64,000 nt of DNA. Source: Lama guanicoe. Its lineage: Eukaryota. Position 1 is the stretch's first letter. The number at the start of each line of letters is the position of its first letter. The translations under genes and the position numbers were made by a program. The DNA lies in NCBI GenBank assembly GCA_013239625.1, contig MU056313.1:3722885-3786884 (forward strand). Direction: 5' to 3'. The notes beneath the pieces are model-generated. The model did not search any database, had not been told where the DNA came from, and saw only the letters and a program-made list of their open reading frames with translations. This document shows, piece after piece, positions 49,633 to 63,574 of the stretch.

Positions 49633-52184
49633 NNNNNNNNNNNNNNNNNNNNNNNNNNNNNNNNNNNNNNNNNNNNNNNNNNNNNNNNNNNNNNNNNNNN
49701 NNNNNNNNNNNNNNNNNNNNNNNNNNNNNNNNNNNNNNNNNNNNNNNNNNNNNNNNNNNNNNNNNNNNNNNNNNNNNNNNNNNNNNNNNNNNNNNNNNNN
49801 NNNNNNNNNNNNNNNNNNNNNNNNNNTCTTTTTGAATTTGCCTTTNNNNNNNNNNNNNNNNNNNNNNNNNNNNNNNNNNNNNNNNNNNNNNNNNNNNNNN
49901 NNNNNNNNNNNNNNNNNNNNNNNNNNNNNNNNNNNNNNNNNNNNNNNNNNNNNNNNNNNNNNNNNNNNNNNNNNNNNNNNNNNNNNNNNNNNNNNNNNNG
50001 AAATTTTCTCAAAATTTGCGTCCTTGAGCCCCTGCAAAGAAATTCTGATTTGAGAAATCCGGGTATGGGCTCTGGATTATGAGATTTTTAACTAGGCTTC
50101 CAGCTGTGCCTTTATCATGGTTTGAGAAATACTGGTGTAGTGAAGAGTCAGAACAAAGCTGGGCCTTCTGTTTGGGGCTTCATCCCTGAGTGACCAGGAG
50201 GGACATCTCTGGGCGTTCTATCCAGGGATAAAATGTATATAATTTATACTGCAAAGTTTTGTCTACTAGGAGGGAAAGACATGACAAATTCAAGTGTCTT
50301 TGGCCAATTCAATGTTTATTACTGAAAAAAACCCTGATTTCTCCCAAGGGTGAAGCTGCCCCTGTGGGGCAAGACAGGGAGTAACCTTTCAGCTGCTCCC
50401 ACCAGGCATCCCTGAGCCTGAGTCATGTTGTAAACGGCTTGTGATGGCAGATATGGGGGCTGAATCCACCTGTCCCAGCTGCTGGTGGCTCCAGCATTCC
50501 TTGGCATCACTCCCATTTCTGCCTCCGCCTTCACGTGGCCTTCTCCTCCTCTGTGTCTCTCGAATCTCTGCCTATCATTCCTAAAATTGCAATAACTACT
50601 ATTGCGGTTTTTTAAATATACACTGTAATAAATGGTAGCATTAGTCTCTTATTTTTAAAAAATGTCCTCCAGGTGACCCTAGGGATCTCGAATTTAAGTC
50701 TCATTTCTGTCAAGGTCTGTTATCACCACTGACATCCACTACCACCCACCTCATCTGAGACGCTGAGTAAAACCCACGTAGAAATTAATTTGGGAAGAAT
50801 GGCCATGTCCCAATATTCTCATCCAGAAAAATATGTCTGTTTATTTGGATTAGATCCTCATTCATATTTCAGCCTTCTCTCTCCCTCCCACCCTCAGACA
50901 GGTTTAGGGAGGGGATTAAGCAGGTGGTACTTAGCCCGGTCAAGACGGCACTGCATCCCCTTTTGCTGCAGATAAAGGGTGAACCATCGTGACCATCTTT
51001 CTGTTTAGGGAGGCGTTCCTAATGCTTGGTCCTGTCCCGTTTGCTGCCCAGGCCCTTTTTCTCTCAAGGTCAGTGATGAGAAAGCCTCTCCCCACCCCTG
51101 CTGAACTTTAGCTATTGAGGGCATTTGGGTGCATGCAAAGGAAAAGGTGCACTTGAAACTTTGGCTTGGGACCCATTTGTACCATTTCCCACTCTCGCTC
51201 CGTAGACATTTGCTAGTATTTTATTTAAAATTTATATATCTATCGTAAATGATATTGGTCTTGTGGGTGTGCCCTTGGCAAGATATTTGTCAGAGGCTTG
51301 TACCCGGGTGATACTGATTTCAAGAAATGAACTGGAAAGCTGTCCCTCATTTCCTGTGTGCTGGAGCAAGCAGAAAACTGGGACCACAGGTAATCACCGC
51401 TTGAGCTGGCCTCAGGGAGTTTGTGCAAAAACAGCGCAGAGAAGGAGCAATTAGAAATACTGCTTGGGGGTGGTCTTTTGGACTGGCAGGCAGATCTCTC
51501 TGTTTCCAGATGTTTGCCGTATGAAACAGATTGTGTCTCCACCTTGCCAGCTGGTTTAGAGGGTAAACTCCACCAACCTCACAGCTCGCCTGTCAGAATT
51601 GTGCGAAATCCTCCAGGCTGCATCCTCGCCATCTCCCCTGAGCTGTGACTTTCAGTGCCTGTGCTCCGCAGCGTGGACGAACATGGAGGATGGAGGCCAG
51701 GCCTCACAGCCCTTTGAGCTGTTTCACTTGCCAAGGCCAAGTGGAGCGATTGGGTCTCCGATTCCAGGGCAGCTGCATCTGCGTGTATGGAGGGCAAAGT
51801 TGAGGGACCAGGGCGGAGTCTCATTGTTGGCTTTAAAAGTAATGTGGCAGTTGGTCTTTAAAAAAAAAAAAAAAGAAGTCTGTAAGACGCAAGAAGATTA
51901 GACTGTGAGTCTAGTTTTGTTCACCTTTGTGGAAGAGGAGGTCTCATGTTTTCTCACCAGCGGGTTGACAGGCCGCTGCAGTCGGTAGCTCCATTCTGAA
52001 TGGGACTGAAAGTAATAAAAACCGCTTCCTATTTTGTACTTGGATCCCCCTGTGCCTGCTGGATGACTAGACGGTGGGTGCTGTGGGGGTGATGGGAATA
52101 AATGGAGGCAAGGATGAGAACCCCAGGGACTTGTTAGAGCCACTGGTCACTCTCTTTTTAGCACCTGATTTTATATACGTCTAT

Positions 52185-52285
52185 CTCATATACATTTATA
52201 ATTACATAATGTATAATTATATATTATATATGCTTTATAGATAAGTATATGTATTATATATAAATATTTTATATATAATATGAAA
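52185..52285. repeat. AT-rich (TA)n-like low-complexity tract
   Basis: Directly visible. Confidence 0.8.
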
Positions 52286-55200
52286 AATAGAGGAAGTGTC
52301 ATTTCACTTACTGAACACCATTTCAATATATGGACATTTTAACAAAATTACAGAAAGATTTTTCCTTCTCAATTTCACCTCAGTGTTTATGAATGAAATG
52401 CCAGTCTGACACGATTTTAAATGACCAGATGAAAATTTGAAATCAGATTTTAATGTGGCTGGAATAATACCGACATGGAAATCATTGCTTTTCAACAGCT
52501 GGTCCAGCAGGTTTGTGATCGGACCTACAAATTCCAGGCCGGCGGGACGTGCCTGGGAGCCCTCCCTGGGTCTCGGGGAGGAATGACCCCACTTCTCTGT
52601 GATTCCACCTTCCCTGAAGCTTAGAGACACTCCCACGAAGGAAACTGGGCAAGGTGTGGAGGTGGAAGCAGGCAAATGTGGGGCCCAGAAGCCCAGGAAG
52701 ACGTCTTTCAGGGGAGACATGAAGAGCTGGGTCAGGAGAATGAGGCCGGAGAACTGACCGCATGGAGGTCACTGGCGCCCCTGAGTAGATGGGATGAACG
52801 TGTGAATATAACCACATGCAAAGAGGCAAAGGACAGGGGCAGATTACGGGGTGCTACGTCCCAGGCTGCCGTCCTCAATGTCAATCCCCCGTGTTCACTG
52901 TTCTCTTCCAAAACATTCTACCTGTGCAGACCCAGGCTGATCCTGGCACTGAGCGGCCTTCTTCAGCCCAGGTGATAGGCTAACCACTGGTGGAGGTGGG
53001 GGCGAGCAGGAGGGGCTGCGGCAGAGAGCCCTGCCATTGCCTGTCGGATTCCCTCTCTGAGGGAATCTCTGAACTTTGCAGAGATAGGCAAGGGGAGGTT
53101 ATGAGGGAGGAGGGTCATGCTGGACCCCGAGCAGGTGAAGTTTCAAAGCAGGCAGAACGTGTGAGCAGGGAGCAGAATGTATGGCAGAGAAGATGGCATG
53201 CAGACCAGAGCGCTGTGGCTGCCTGGTAGCAGGAGAAGTGAGACATCCCCCCAAGTGGAAGAAGAGGTGGCGAATGTGGCTGTCACCTCACCGTGGGCAC
53301 CACAAGGCATCGCCCTGTTCTGGAACCTTCCACCAGTCCCAGTGCCCCCATCTCTGAGCCCTGCCCTCCCATCTCCCCGAGGCTGCTCTTCCCCCATCGC
53401 TGTGAAGGTCTGCACGTGAAGCCCCCTACCTGAGCTCACGTGAGTGCAATGACGAAAACCCAACAGCACAGCCATCACTATTTGCTAGGTCAGAATGTGA
53501 TCCCAGTGAGATGTGCTGAGATGGTCCTGAGTTAAAGCAAAAGAACAGAAGCAAAATAGGGAATGGGATTAACAAACAAAGTGCTGGACTGTATTCCAAG
53601 TACGGTAGCAGAGCAGGGTCTTCCCAGGGGTCTAACAGGAAAGGGGTGGATCTCTCATGGACTTCTGCCCCCCTGGGCTTGCCCAAGCACGTGATGAAGT
53701 GAGGAAACCATGGGGAAGTCCAGACTTTCATAGTGATGAGACTGAACAGTTTCTGTTGTGTCGGAGAGACTGCGTCAGGTGTCATCCTCAAACTGGGAAC
53801 CCTGGGCGAGCTGGTTTCTTGGTTTCCTGAAGCTGAGTGTTCAGGTCATATGCATTTGCTAAAGACACCCCAAGGTCACTAGACCTTTGACTGAGCTTGT
53901 TATTTTTGTTGAGTTCAGCAGTCCAATTTGCTTTTTGTACCATGAATGTACACGGTTTCTTGGGACAGACTCCATCTCAGTGCTGGGAATGCCCAGTGAG
54001 ACAGTAACATTCCCTTCCTGAGCGTGACAAGTAACTCGGCCCTTCACCGGATAATCAGAGGTGCCAGTGTGCTCTGCATCTTCTAATGACCCTGATGGAT
54101 AAAGACTAGAGGCCCAACTCTGTTTTTTGGACACCATACCATATGCCAGTGATTCTTGTGTGGCCCTAGAGATGGGAGGAGACCGCAAACATGACTGAGA
54201 TTGAATTTCTCACCACAGAGGCCAATTGACTTAATATGAGTTAGAGAAATTCAAAATGGTTTTTTTTTGTGCTGCTTGTTTTAGAGTAAAATTTGTAACC
54301 TTTAAATATATATATTATCTCATTAAAACTCCCAAGAATCCTATGAAGTAGGTATTACTGTCATCACCATTTTGCAGAGGACATTGAGCCTTAAAGGAGT
54401 AAATAACTCAATTACTCACAAACTATTAAGGTGGTGCTAGGAACCAACCTGCCTGGAAGGGATTGCCCCCCCCCCCAAGCCGTATCCTACTTTGCATAAT
54501 AATTGACTATGGACTTTTAATTTTTGAATTTGGCTAAACCTTTATTTTGAAGTGGTTTCTCATGAATTCCTTCATAATAAAGCACCCACTGTATAGATCC
54601 ACTTGGTCACTGCAGCTAGATGGCCAGATTCTTCGGTGGAGAAGAGGGATGCTGTTCCCCCGCAGGAAGGCACAGAGAGACACTTAGGCTTCACTCACTA
54701 CACGCCCCCAACTTGCTCTCAACCTGCAGGGAAGGGAAATTCAGGCTCAGTGAGAGAGAGAGAGGAACACCTGTAAGAGAGTCCTTTGTAACAGTTTGGT
54801 AACCCGAACAGAAAGACCTTTGATAAGATCCCTGGGAGAGCTTAAAAATTTCTCCTCTCTCGCTCTCTGTGTACGGATGGCTGCAGGTCAACCCTGAAAC
54901 AAGATGACGGGTTCCACCAGCATCAATAAAGCCCTCATTCTGGAGGAAGGAAGTGGGGTCCGGTTTCCACTGTTGCTATAAAAAAAAACCAGGGCTTTGT
55001 TTCTCAGGATTGTTCTTCCAAGTAGTTGTAACACATGGCCGTTTGCTTTGGCAGGAAAGGCGCCTTCCGAAGACAAAGGGCTGTTTTACGCCGGAGCCGC
55101 GCTGAGCTCGCGTGATGTTCCGCTCGGCGGCCACTGGGTGGTGCTCGAGGAGCCGGGATGGCGGGTGAGGCTCCGGCGTCCTGCTGGGTCGGGTCCGGAG

Positions 55201-57217
55201 TCGGCACTTCAGTCACAGAGGCAATGCTCAGAGGTGACCCCCGAGGCAAGGAGAGTGGGGCCAACCCCCTTCCCAAAGCCGCTTTCAGTGTGGACAGTCG
55301 CGGTTTTCTCCCTCGTATATAACGAAGCAATCAAAGCATATTTAGAAAAGATTTTTTTCTTGGAAAATGCTATTTTTATTGTTCTGTGAAAGGCCATCTA
55401 CATCAGAGAGGGCAAACCCAGCGTCAAGGCCACCCCCCCCCCNNNNNNNNNNNNNNNNNNNNNNNNNNNNCCCCCCGCCAGCCCCCAACCCCGCAGCCCC
55501 GCCTACAGGGAAAGAGCCCAGTGGAATGTGCGCCCTTCCTCCTTGGTTCGGCCCTCGTGCCCCTAACGTCTCCTCGTTGCTCAGGGACCCTGCCGATGGG
55601 CTTCCTGTGTTTCAAATCCGGGAACTACCCTCCTCCTACTTCCCCAGGGAGCAGCCAGACCTTAGCCAGGCCTCATCCTATCCCTGGGCTGCTCTCTTGA
55701 ATAAATTTGCTTAGCAACTTCCATCTTTAAAACCAAACTACCCAAGAAACAAGGGGTCCCTCCTGGCCCTTCACTGCCCCTCTACTATATATTGCCCATT
55801 GCTTGCCTTCCCTTCCCAACAAACGGGTGGACTTGTCTCTGAGCACGGCCTCGTCTTCCTCCTTCCTATTTACTCAAATCCACCCTGGCTTGGTTTCTGT
55901 CCCTCTTGCTCCACTGAAACGGACTTTGCCCAGATCCCAACTCCAGGAGATGCTTTTGTCTTTTTTCTGTTTTATTTGATACTGATCATCTCTGCCTCCT
56001 TCCTGAGCTCGGTCCCCCCTTCAGCTCCTAAGAGTCCCCTCCCTTCGGCTTCCTCCCAGGCCCTGCCCCGGGCCCCACCCTCCAAGGCCCCACCCCTCTG
56101 GGGCTCCACCCTCAAGCTCTGCCTCCCCGCCCCCACTGGGATCCACTTGCAGAGAGCGTTGTGCTAGCTGTGGCAGCGGGTCCACAAAAGGCCCCTCTAC
56201 AGCGTGGGGGGGAGGGTGAAGGCTTGGGCCTGGGCGACAAGGTGACGAGTTCTCCATCCCCATTTATTTTCACTAAGTTAGAGGGACGTTGGCCAAGGAC
56301 CTAGCCAGGCGTTTTTCCTTTGAGGTTGGTGACGAGGAAGTGAGGTGTTGTGCCAACGAAGGTGACGTCTGAGCCGCAGATCGTCAACAGAAGCCACTAG
56401 TTTACCCCACAAAAGATGCCAGGTAACTGCGGGGAGGAACGACCGTCTCACTCCAGACCCAGAGCAGTTTTGAGCCTGTGACCTTGAATGACACTGCACC
56501 TCCCACAGCGCTTCGCTAAAGGGGAGAGTGATCGCAGTCAGTGGAGTGGGTCCTTTCAATTATAAAGGTGGTGAAAGACAGATATCCGAAGTTCAAGGCC
56601 TGTGGGCTGGGCGTGGTTCAGGGCCAGGAACTGCAGCGGCCTTTTCTCACCAATTAGGCACATTTTGCTGTACAGTCCTCTTCCCTTTGCAAGCATTGAA
56701 TTCGTTTCCCTTTCACTCAGAATGGCCTTCTCCAGGAAGAATTATAAAGTGCAGTGAATAAGGTGAACATTCATCTTAAAGGAGTTTCCACCCAAGGGGA
56801 CAAGAGAGTCCAGGGGTGTTACCAGAAGTCAGCTTATGATCCAGGAATTATTCCTCTGGGAGTCCCTTCCATCTGCATCAAACTCCTGGATGAGCTTGTG
56901 GAAAGTCTACCGGGGCTGAAGCCCCGGCCTCTCCAAGACAGCTCAGCCGGGGAGGACTGGGGGATTTCATGCGATTTTGAGCTGGACCCTGAAGAATGGA
57001 TAAGATTTAGATCATCAAAGAAGAAGGAAAGAGGAGCCTGTCCAAGAGAAGTGGGGCAGGAAGCAGAAAAGAAAGGAGAAGGTGGGAACTAGGCTGCCTG
57101 TGGCCATAAAGGGCCGCATACTCCAATGTCCCATGGACCCGGGTTCATTTTCTGGTCCCATTTTCTAGAACCTTTGGCAAGACCTTCTTTAAGTCTCAGT
57201 GTTAATATCTAAAAAGT

Positions 57218-57414
57218 TGGGATTAGCCAATACGAACTACTGTACATAGAATAGATAAACAAAATGGTCCTACTGCAGAGCACACGGAACTCTAGTCAAT
57301 AGCTTGTGATAACCTGTAATGAAAAAGAATATACATACGTATAACTGACTCATTCTGCTGTACACCAGAAACTAATACAACATTGTAAATTAACTAGACT
57401 TCTATAAAAAAAAA
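57218..57414 (+). mobile_element. 5'-truncated L1 3' end inside a MIR-like remnant
   Basis: GATAAACAAAATGGTCCTACTGCAGAGCAC...CTGTACACCAGAAACTAATACAACATTGTAAAT followed by poly-A. Confidence 0.78.
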
Positions 57415-57862
57415 GTGGAGATTCAAATAACTACCTCAATAGAGCTGTTGTGAAAATTAGGTGAGATAATGGATACATGGCTGTGGTTTGAGGAGGCAGA
57501 GTTAGGATCCTATAGACTCAGTAGTTGTGGGTGTGGACGTGTGCCTAGGGAGGCAGGAGCTGGTCTGGTGTGCGCTGGGGAGGAGAGATCAGTGTAAAAG
57601 GTAGTGGGGTGTGATTGTGAAGTTACGCAGAGCACTGGTGCTAGAAGACTGGATGCACCACTTCCCAACAGAGTAATCAGAACCCCAGAGAAGGAAGTAA
57701 TGTATCAGATGAACGCCGTGTTCATAATCCTATCTGAATATCTGACCTTCTCAAAAATACAAGATCTCTGAGGGCAGAGGCTGTGACTGACACATCTTTG
57801 CAAAGCCCTGCAAACCCCCAGCACGTCATATGGGGGCTCAGTTACTACTTTTTGAATGTCTT

Positions 57863-57953
57863 GGGGGAGGGGTATGTAGCTCAGTGGTAGAGCACATGCT
57901 TAGCAGGCACAAAGTCCGGGGCTCAAACCCCAGTAATTTCATTAAAAAAAAAA
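57863..57953 (+). mobile_element. tRNA-Ala-derived SINE
   Basis: GTAGCTCAGTGGTAGAGCACATGCTTAGCAGGCAC...AAACCCCAGTA followed by poly-A. TGTCTT on both flanks. Confidence 0.8.
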
Positions 57954-59935
57954 CTGTCTTAAGAGTGTTTAGATTAAAAAAATTTTTATGTGTTCAGTCC
58001 TGACGATATTTTCTCTTATGTTTTGGTTTTTTTTTTTAAAATCATGTTTAGAAACAGCTTTCTTTTCTCGAGTTTTCTAAAATGATGCATCCATGTGTTT
58101 GTCATGCACATTTCTGATTTCAACTGTTCTCGTGTCAAATCTGATCCACCTGGTGCTCTGATGGGAGGCAGGCCGGAGTAACCCCGTACAGCCTTCCTCC
58201 TGCAGGGGGAGGGAGGGGTGTGGTTAGGGGCGTGGCTCCAGAGTCAACTGCTATGTGAACTTTGGCCAGTTCCTTCACCTCTGTGTTTGCATAGTCTTCT
58301 GTGAAATGGGGTAACAGTAGAACACACATCAGAGGTGTGAAGTGTAATTGAGATAAGGAATAATTGAGGTAACACATAGCATTTAGAACCCTGCTTTGCA
58401 CAGATACTTATTGAATCTTGACTATCATGTTATCATCCACCACTTGCCTACCTCTTAAAGAACTTCAAGGATGATGGGCAGAAATCTGGGCCGTTGCTGT
58501 CCCTGGTCCCAAGCCCCAGCAGCATTGGCCCAAGGGCTGGAAAGCAGCATACAGCTCTGTCTGGCCCAAGGGCGACCCAGATGGGGCCAGGCCTGCAGGA
58601 GGGCCAGCTGGGCAGGGCTGGAAGAGGGTGGGTGGACGGAGCACGGAGCCAAGGCTGGAGCTGCAGGGGCTGCACGCTCACTCTCATCGCTAGGAGTCTC
58701 TGTTGCCACTAGAATCTTACGCTCGCAGCTTCCTCCCCAGCTTGCCAGCTAATTCTCAGAATGAAATCTCTCTCGGGTGCCCTTCCAGCCTCTTGCAGCC
58801 TTGCGGTCCCAGTGGGCCCGGTGTGCTTTTTTAATAAAGGAAATTAAACACACACTCTTACATGCACACACGCGCACATGCACACACAGTTTAAATAATT
58901 AACAAATCGAGGATTAAGGATAGAGATTTCCTGGCTTGGGCTGGGTGGAAGCCAGCCACTTAACAAAGGGCAGCTGATGAGGGCACAGAGGGGCAGGCCC
59001 GCTTCGGTCTGCGAGCTCACTGGGGGCTGGGGGAAGCCTGGGTAAGGGGCGGGACCCGAGTAGGGTGCCGCGTCTTTCCACGGCCCCAAGGCTGGCATTC
59101 CCTTCTAGTTTTAGGGTGCACTGGGTGGGCTGCAATGGTCAGACACCCCACGTGCGGTTTGTAAGCCAGTTGTCCTCAGCCTCCCCTCTGCCCTGACACC
59201 TGCGCTTCTGCCGGTGCCCAGTTCTGTGCCACGTGTGTGCGGTACTTCACAGCAGGCGCCCTTCTGTCCCAGCACAGCAGGCGCCGGCCGGGCCTCTGTC
59301 CTCCCTCTTCACCTGGTAGGGATGAAGTGCACCCACCCCGAGGCACCCAGGGGTCCCTCCCTAATTACCTTCATTCGTCATCCCTCCCTGGCTCCCAGCT
59401 GCCAACCAACCAGAGCAGCTCCAGCCACCCCCGTCACAGAACCTAAGTTCTGCTTCCTCTGGAGCCTTCACCCCTGCCTACGTGCCCCATCTCTCCTCTT
59501 TGCCAGCCTGCATCCTTGCGCTGGTCACGTTCTTCAACTTCACTAGTCATCCTCTTCACCCTGGTGCCCTCTCAGCAGACACGCCTACATGTCAGGGCTG
59601 GAAGGAGTCCCCTGCTAGAGCGGGAGGGTGTACCCACCCCACTCCATGACGCCTGGAGCGCCCTTCCCCAGCTAGCCCTTCTGGTCGACCCTTCCTCTTT
59701 CAAAACCCTGTAACTAGACTTTTTTTAAAACCTGCCATTCTGGCCCTCTGGTAGAGCTTCACTCTTGTGTCTCTGTACTTCCTCTGAAGTACGTGCTACC
59801 ACTGCTGTATTACTGCGGTAAATTGATAATTACTGATTACTTGTCTGCACCTTTTCCTAGACTCTCAGATCCTTGAAGGCAGAGCTCACATCTTATTTAT
59901 TACTTTATTAAGATAGCTTAATAATATCTTAAAAC

Positions 59936-60072
59936 AATTTTTTGTTGTTTTCTTTTGGGGGGAAGGTAATTAGGTTTATTTAATTAAAAAAATCTTAGTG
60001 ATGGTACTGGGGTGAAACCCAGGACCTCATGCATGCTAAGCACTCACTCTACCCCTGAGCTATACCCTCCCC
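59936..60072 (-). mobile_element. tRNA-Ala-derived SINE
   Basis: GGTACTGGGGTGAAACCCAGGACCTCATGCATGCTAAGCACTCACTCTACCCCTGAGCTATACCCTCCCC. Confidence 0.8.
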
Positions 60073-61229
60073 ACAATAGTAGCTCACATATCTTTGTGTT
60101 TCTAGGACCAAACAGTACCTTGGGATCCTCTTTTTTTCTTGAATGAGTCTATAGTGAACCACTTATTCCCTGACCGTGTTTCTAGAATATTCTTTTCTTC
60201 TATCTTATACCTCCTTTACCTTACTCATCCTATTCCTATGTCTGCTCATGAGAAAACCACATTTCTTAAGAATGCACATTGGAAATGCTGAACTCACAGG
60301 GAATAGGGTTATTTTGTTGATTTGTTCCAAGAGCATGACCTATTCTTTACAGAAGGGAGCCTGTCTTGCTCTTGAGAGAGGAACATATTAAGGAGGAGGA
60401 GGTGGGGTGGTTGGCCAGAAGCTCATTTCACCGGCACACCTGGTAACAGGTGCCTGTGATCAATCCCACAATGGCCCCTGGGACTTGCAGGCAGTGGCTG
60501 TTACTGACTCAGACAAGAGAAGAAGCAGGGAGTTTCTTTAACAGAAGGAAGGCACTGGTGGGTGTGAGAATGGGGTGGCATAATTTCCTTAAGACTAATT
60601 TTCATATTAACCTAAGGATAATATTGTAGATAACCTAGGAAAATGGAATACTGCATTTCAGAACCAAGTATAAACTATTATCTTAGGTAATTAAGAATTG
60701 CCTGTATCATAGGTAGGATCAACCTGGACCAGGGGGAGAAGAGAACTGATTGATCTGGAAGAAGAAAGTCAGGACACAGAAAGTGGAAATAGAAACAGGA
60801 AGGAAGGGAAAAGTGTCAGCTTCTTTAATCTGACATGATTTATCCAGGACAGTCTACCCTGATCTTCAGGGTGCTAAAATGGACAAATATTTATTTATAG
60901 GCTGCCTACCACTTGTCCTTTGAAATTCCATCCTCTCATGAGTCTGTGATATGGCCTCATTCAACATTTTGGCTTGTCCCTTGCAGCTAGCCTGATTCAT
61001 AAAATGCCAGAACACCCCCTCTGTACGTTATTAGGGTTTCTAATGATGGTTCTCATCTGGATAAAATCTCCTTTGAGCTATTGGTGTTACTGCCTTAATT
61101 ATATTTGTATCTTCAAATTCAGTGCTTTATGAGAATGCTCCATTTGCTAAGAAACACCTATAGCATTTAAAACAATTAAGACTGAGCCCAAACAAAAGTC
61201 ATATACCTGACTGACTACAGAGCTTGTTA

Positions 61230-61560
61230 ACTGGTAACCCACAAGACACTTGCAGACATCAGATGTTTTGTCTGTTGGCTGAGACAGTGTTTTGTTTTCG
61301 TCTTTGCATAGTTTTCAAAATTTGGAGATTTCTCATAAAAATCAGGATTTCTCACTTGCATTGAAAAATCAGAAGATCTTGCATCATCCTAGACCCCTCA
61401 TCCTGGATGGTAAAAACCAGTGGGACCTGAGTGGATGCTACCTCCTTTAGGTGGGACGATTTATCTCCACTTTACAGGCTGCCCCAGTCCTCTTGTCTAC
61501 CACCGTTCACACTCAGTTGTGCAACTGGCCTGCAGATCACCACAGATTTTTCTTAACTAG
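61230..61560. mobile_element. MER102-like hAT-Charlie element
   Basis: AAAATCAGGATTTCT...TTGAAAAATCAGAAGATCT...CTGAGTGGATGCTACCTCCTTTAG. Confidence 0.55.
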
Positions 61561-62769
61561 TAGCTCTCTAGCTATTTCCCACTCGGCAAAAATGTCCTTA
61601 TGTAAATGCTTCATTTCAGCTGAACTATAAAAGAGAATGTGGGCTAAGGAAAAAGAAAGATAAGACCAGCCTTTGTTACAACTATAATGAAGCCTATAAC
61701 AGGAAGTCCTTTTCATTCATTTTATGATGCAAGTTTATTCATTTTACAGATGCATGTTATATACATGTACCCATCCCATGTGCTATAATGATGTTAATAT
61801 ACTTGAATGTGAATTTTTGTCAAATTATAATAGTTCTGCTTGCAAGTCTGGAGGGTTGGAGTTAGGAGAAGGAATTTCCAAATATGAAAATAAAGAAGTT
61901 GGGCATATTTTATACTTTTGAAAAATCAGTATTTATGGCCAAGAGTTTATTGTCATGTTGAAATGTGTCTTGGTTTGATAACCAGGATAGAACCAGAGTT
62001 ATACTTCAGTCAAAATTCTCCATGTAATGCTTTCTCCTTCCCAAGGTGCTGGGTAAAGGAGTGGGTGTAATAAAGACATTTCAGAAGTCCGTTATTCATG
62101 GCCTTGCTCCCAAGCCAAGGATCCAAGAGACCTTCGAATTTCACATCAGCCATTTGGAAAATGAACCTTAAATCTCTTTACCTTGGAGAATAAGAGTTTT
62201 GCTATTTAGCACCATTTCCAAGACAGGACTGAGCCACATTGAAACACTCCCTGGGGATGGTGGCATTTACCATGTGGGATGCTTGAGAGGCCAAAACAGA
62301 ATCAAAAACATGTAAACATCAGGGGTCATTTTCAACAAGATAGTGGGAAGAATGCTAATAAGATTTCTTTTTTCTTTCATTATCTAGGCTGCCTTTTGTC
62401 AAGTCTTTTTCATTGTATCCCACTGACTCAAGAGACAGGCAAAATGGAGGTTTATTGGACTGGGTGAAGAGCCAAGATTTAGTTCACGAAAAGTTGGTGA
62501 GAAGATGTGCAGTGCGATGCATTTGGACATAAAAAACTAAGACGCGACGTGTCCATGAAAGGGACCAAGAGGGAGTGTTTCCTGGTTCTGGGTTCTCCCA
62601 TATTAAGGGCAGGAGCCTTACCTTACTGCCATTTATCTACTAATGAGAAGAAGGAAAACAATTTAATGCCACTAACCTGGAGAAGACAGAGAGAAAGAAA
62701 GGAAGAGAGGGAGGAAGAGAGAAGAGAAAAAAGATGAAATTGTGGCTGAGCTGTGGTTCCAAGCTGCGC

Positions 62770-63000
62770 AAGGAAGCGAGGGAAATGAGAGGAGTTTTAA
62801 TTTAGATAAATGTAAGGTAAGACACCTGGGGAAAAATGACAATCAGCAAATATATAAAAGAGAAGGCCGCTGTTTAGGAAAAAGCCTTGTAGGAAAAAAC
62901 CAGGGAGTGATACTAATTACTTACCTAGATACGAGCCCACACTATCGTCCCTACAAAAAAAGACTGAGGCCGCCGTGGGCTGTGTTTAAAAGGATCCCTT
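62770..63000 (+). mobile_element. CR1/L3 LINE reverse-transcriptase C-terminal remnant
   Basis: ORF 62742-63002 contains FNLDKCKVRHLGKND...GVIL...LDTSPH, matching the CR1 FNxxKCKVLHLG...KDLGV motif. Confidence 0.8.
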
Positions 63001-63336
63001 AGAAAACAGAAGTGATAATAAAGTTGCTTCATACGGCCTTTGTCTGGCAGTAATTTTCACTATGAAATGCTACTGCAGACTTGCAGAAAGGGATGCTATA
63101 AAAAGGACATAAAAACACTGTTGAATGTTGAAAGCCGAATAGCGGGAATCCAGCATTTGCACGGACGGGGGAGTTTCAATGGCTCATTCAGATCCCATTT
63201 TTATTGAAAGATGTCAGATCCACCTGGGCCCACATTTCTCTAGATACGGATTTAAAGTGGCACCAGATTCCGTATTGTTTATTCCGCTCTGTCTCCCTAT
63301 TGGAAGAGGCACATCCTGCAAATGAGCTTGGTGACA

Positions 63337-63480
63337 CAGCCCTTCACATGGGTGGGCTCCACATCCCCAGATTCAACCAATCACAGACAGGAAATATATT
63401 TTTTTAATTCCAAAAAATTCCAAAAAGCAGAACTTGAATTTGCCACGTTCAGGCAACTATTTACATAGCATTTACTTTGC
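63337..63480. mobile_element. Tigger3/MER2-type fragment
   Basis: CCACATCCCCAGATTCAACCAATCACAGA...AAAAGCAGAACTTGAATTTGCCAC...CAACTATTTACATAGCATTTAC. Confidence 0.6.
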
Positions 63481-63574
63481 TTTTGAAATATATTTTTCCA
63501 AAGCTGTAATTATAGAATATTTGATCTGGTTATCAGACACATTACTGTAAGATGCTTTATCATAACAACAGTAT

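Noticed and set aside
57863-57953. tRNA-Ala-like sequences here and at 5313, 6360, 22668, 23671, 33940 and 59936
   Set aside because: Degenerate stems, A-rich tails and flanking repeats mark them as SINEs, not tRNA genes.
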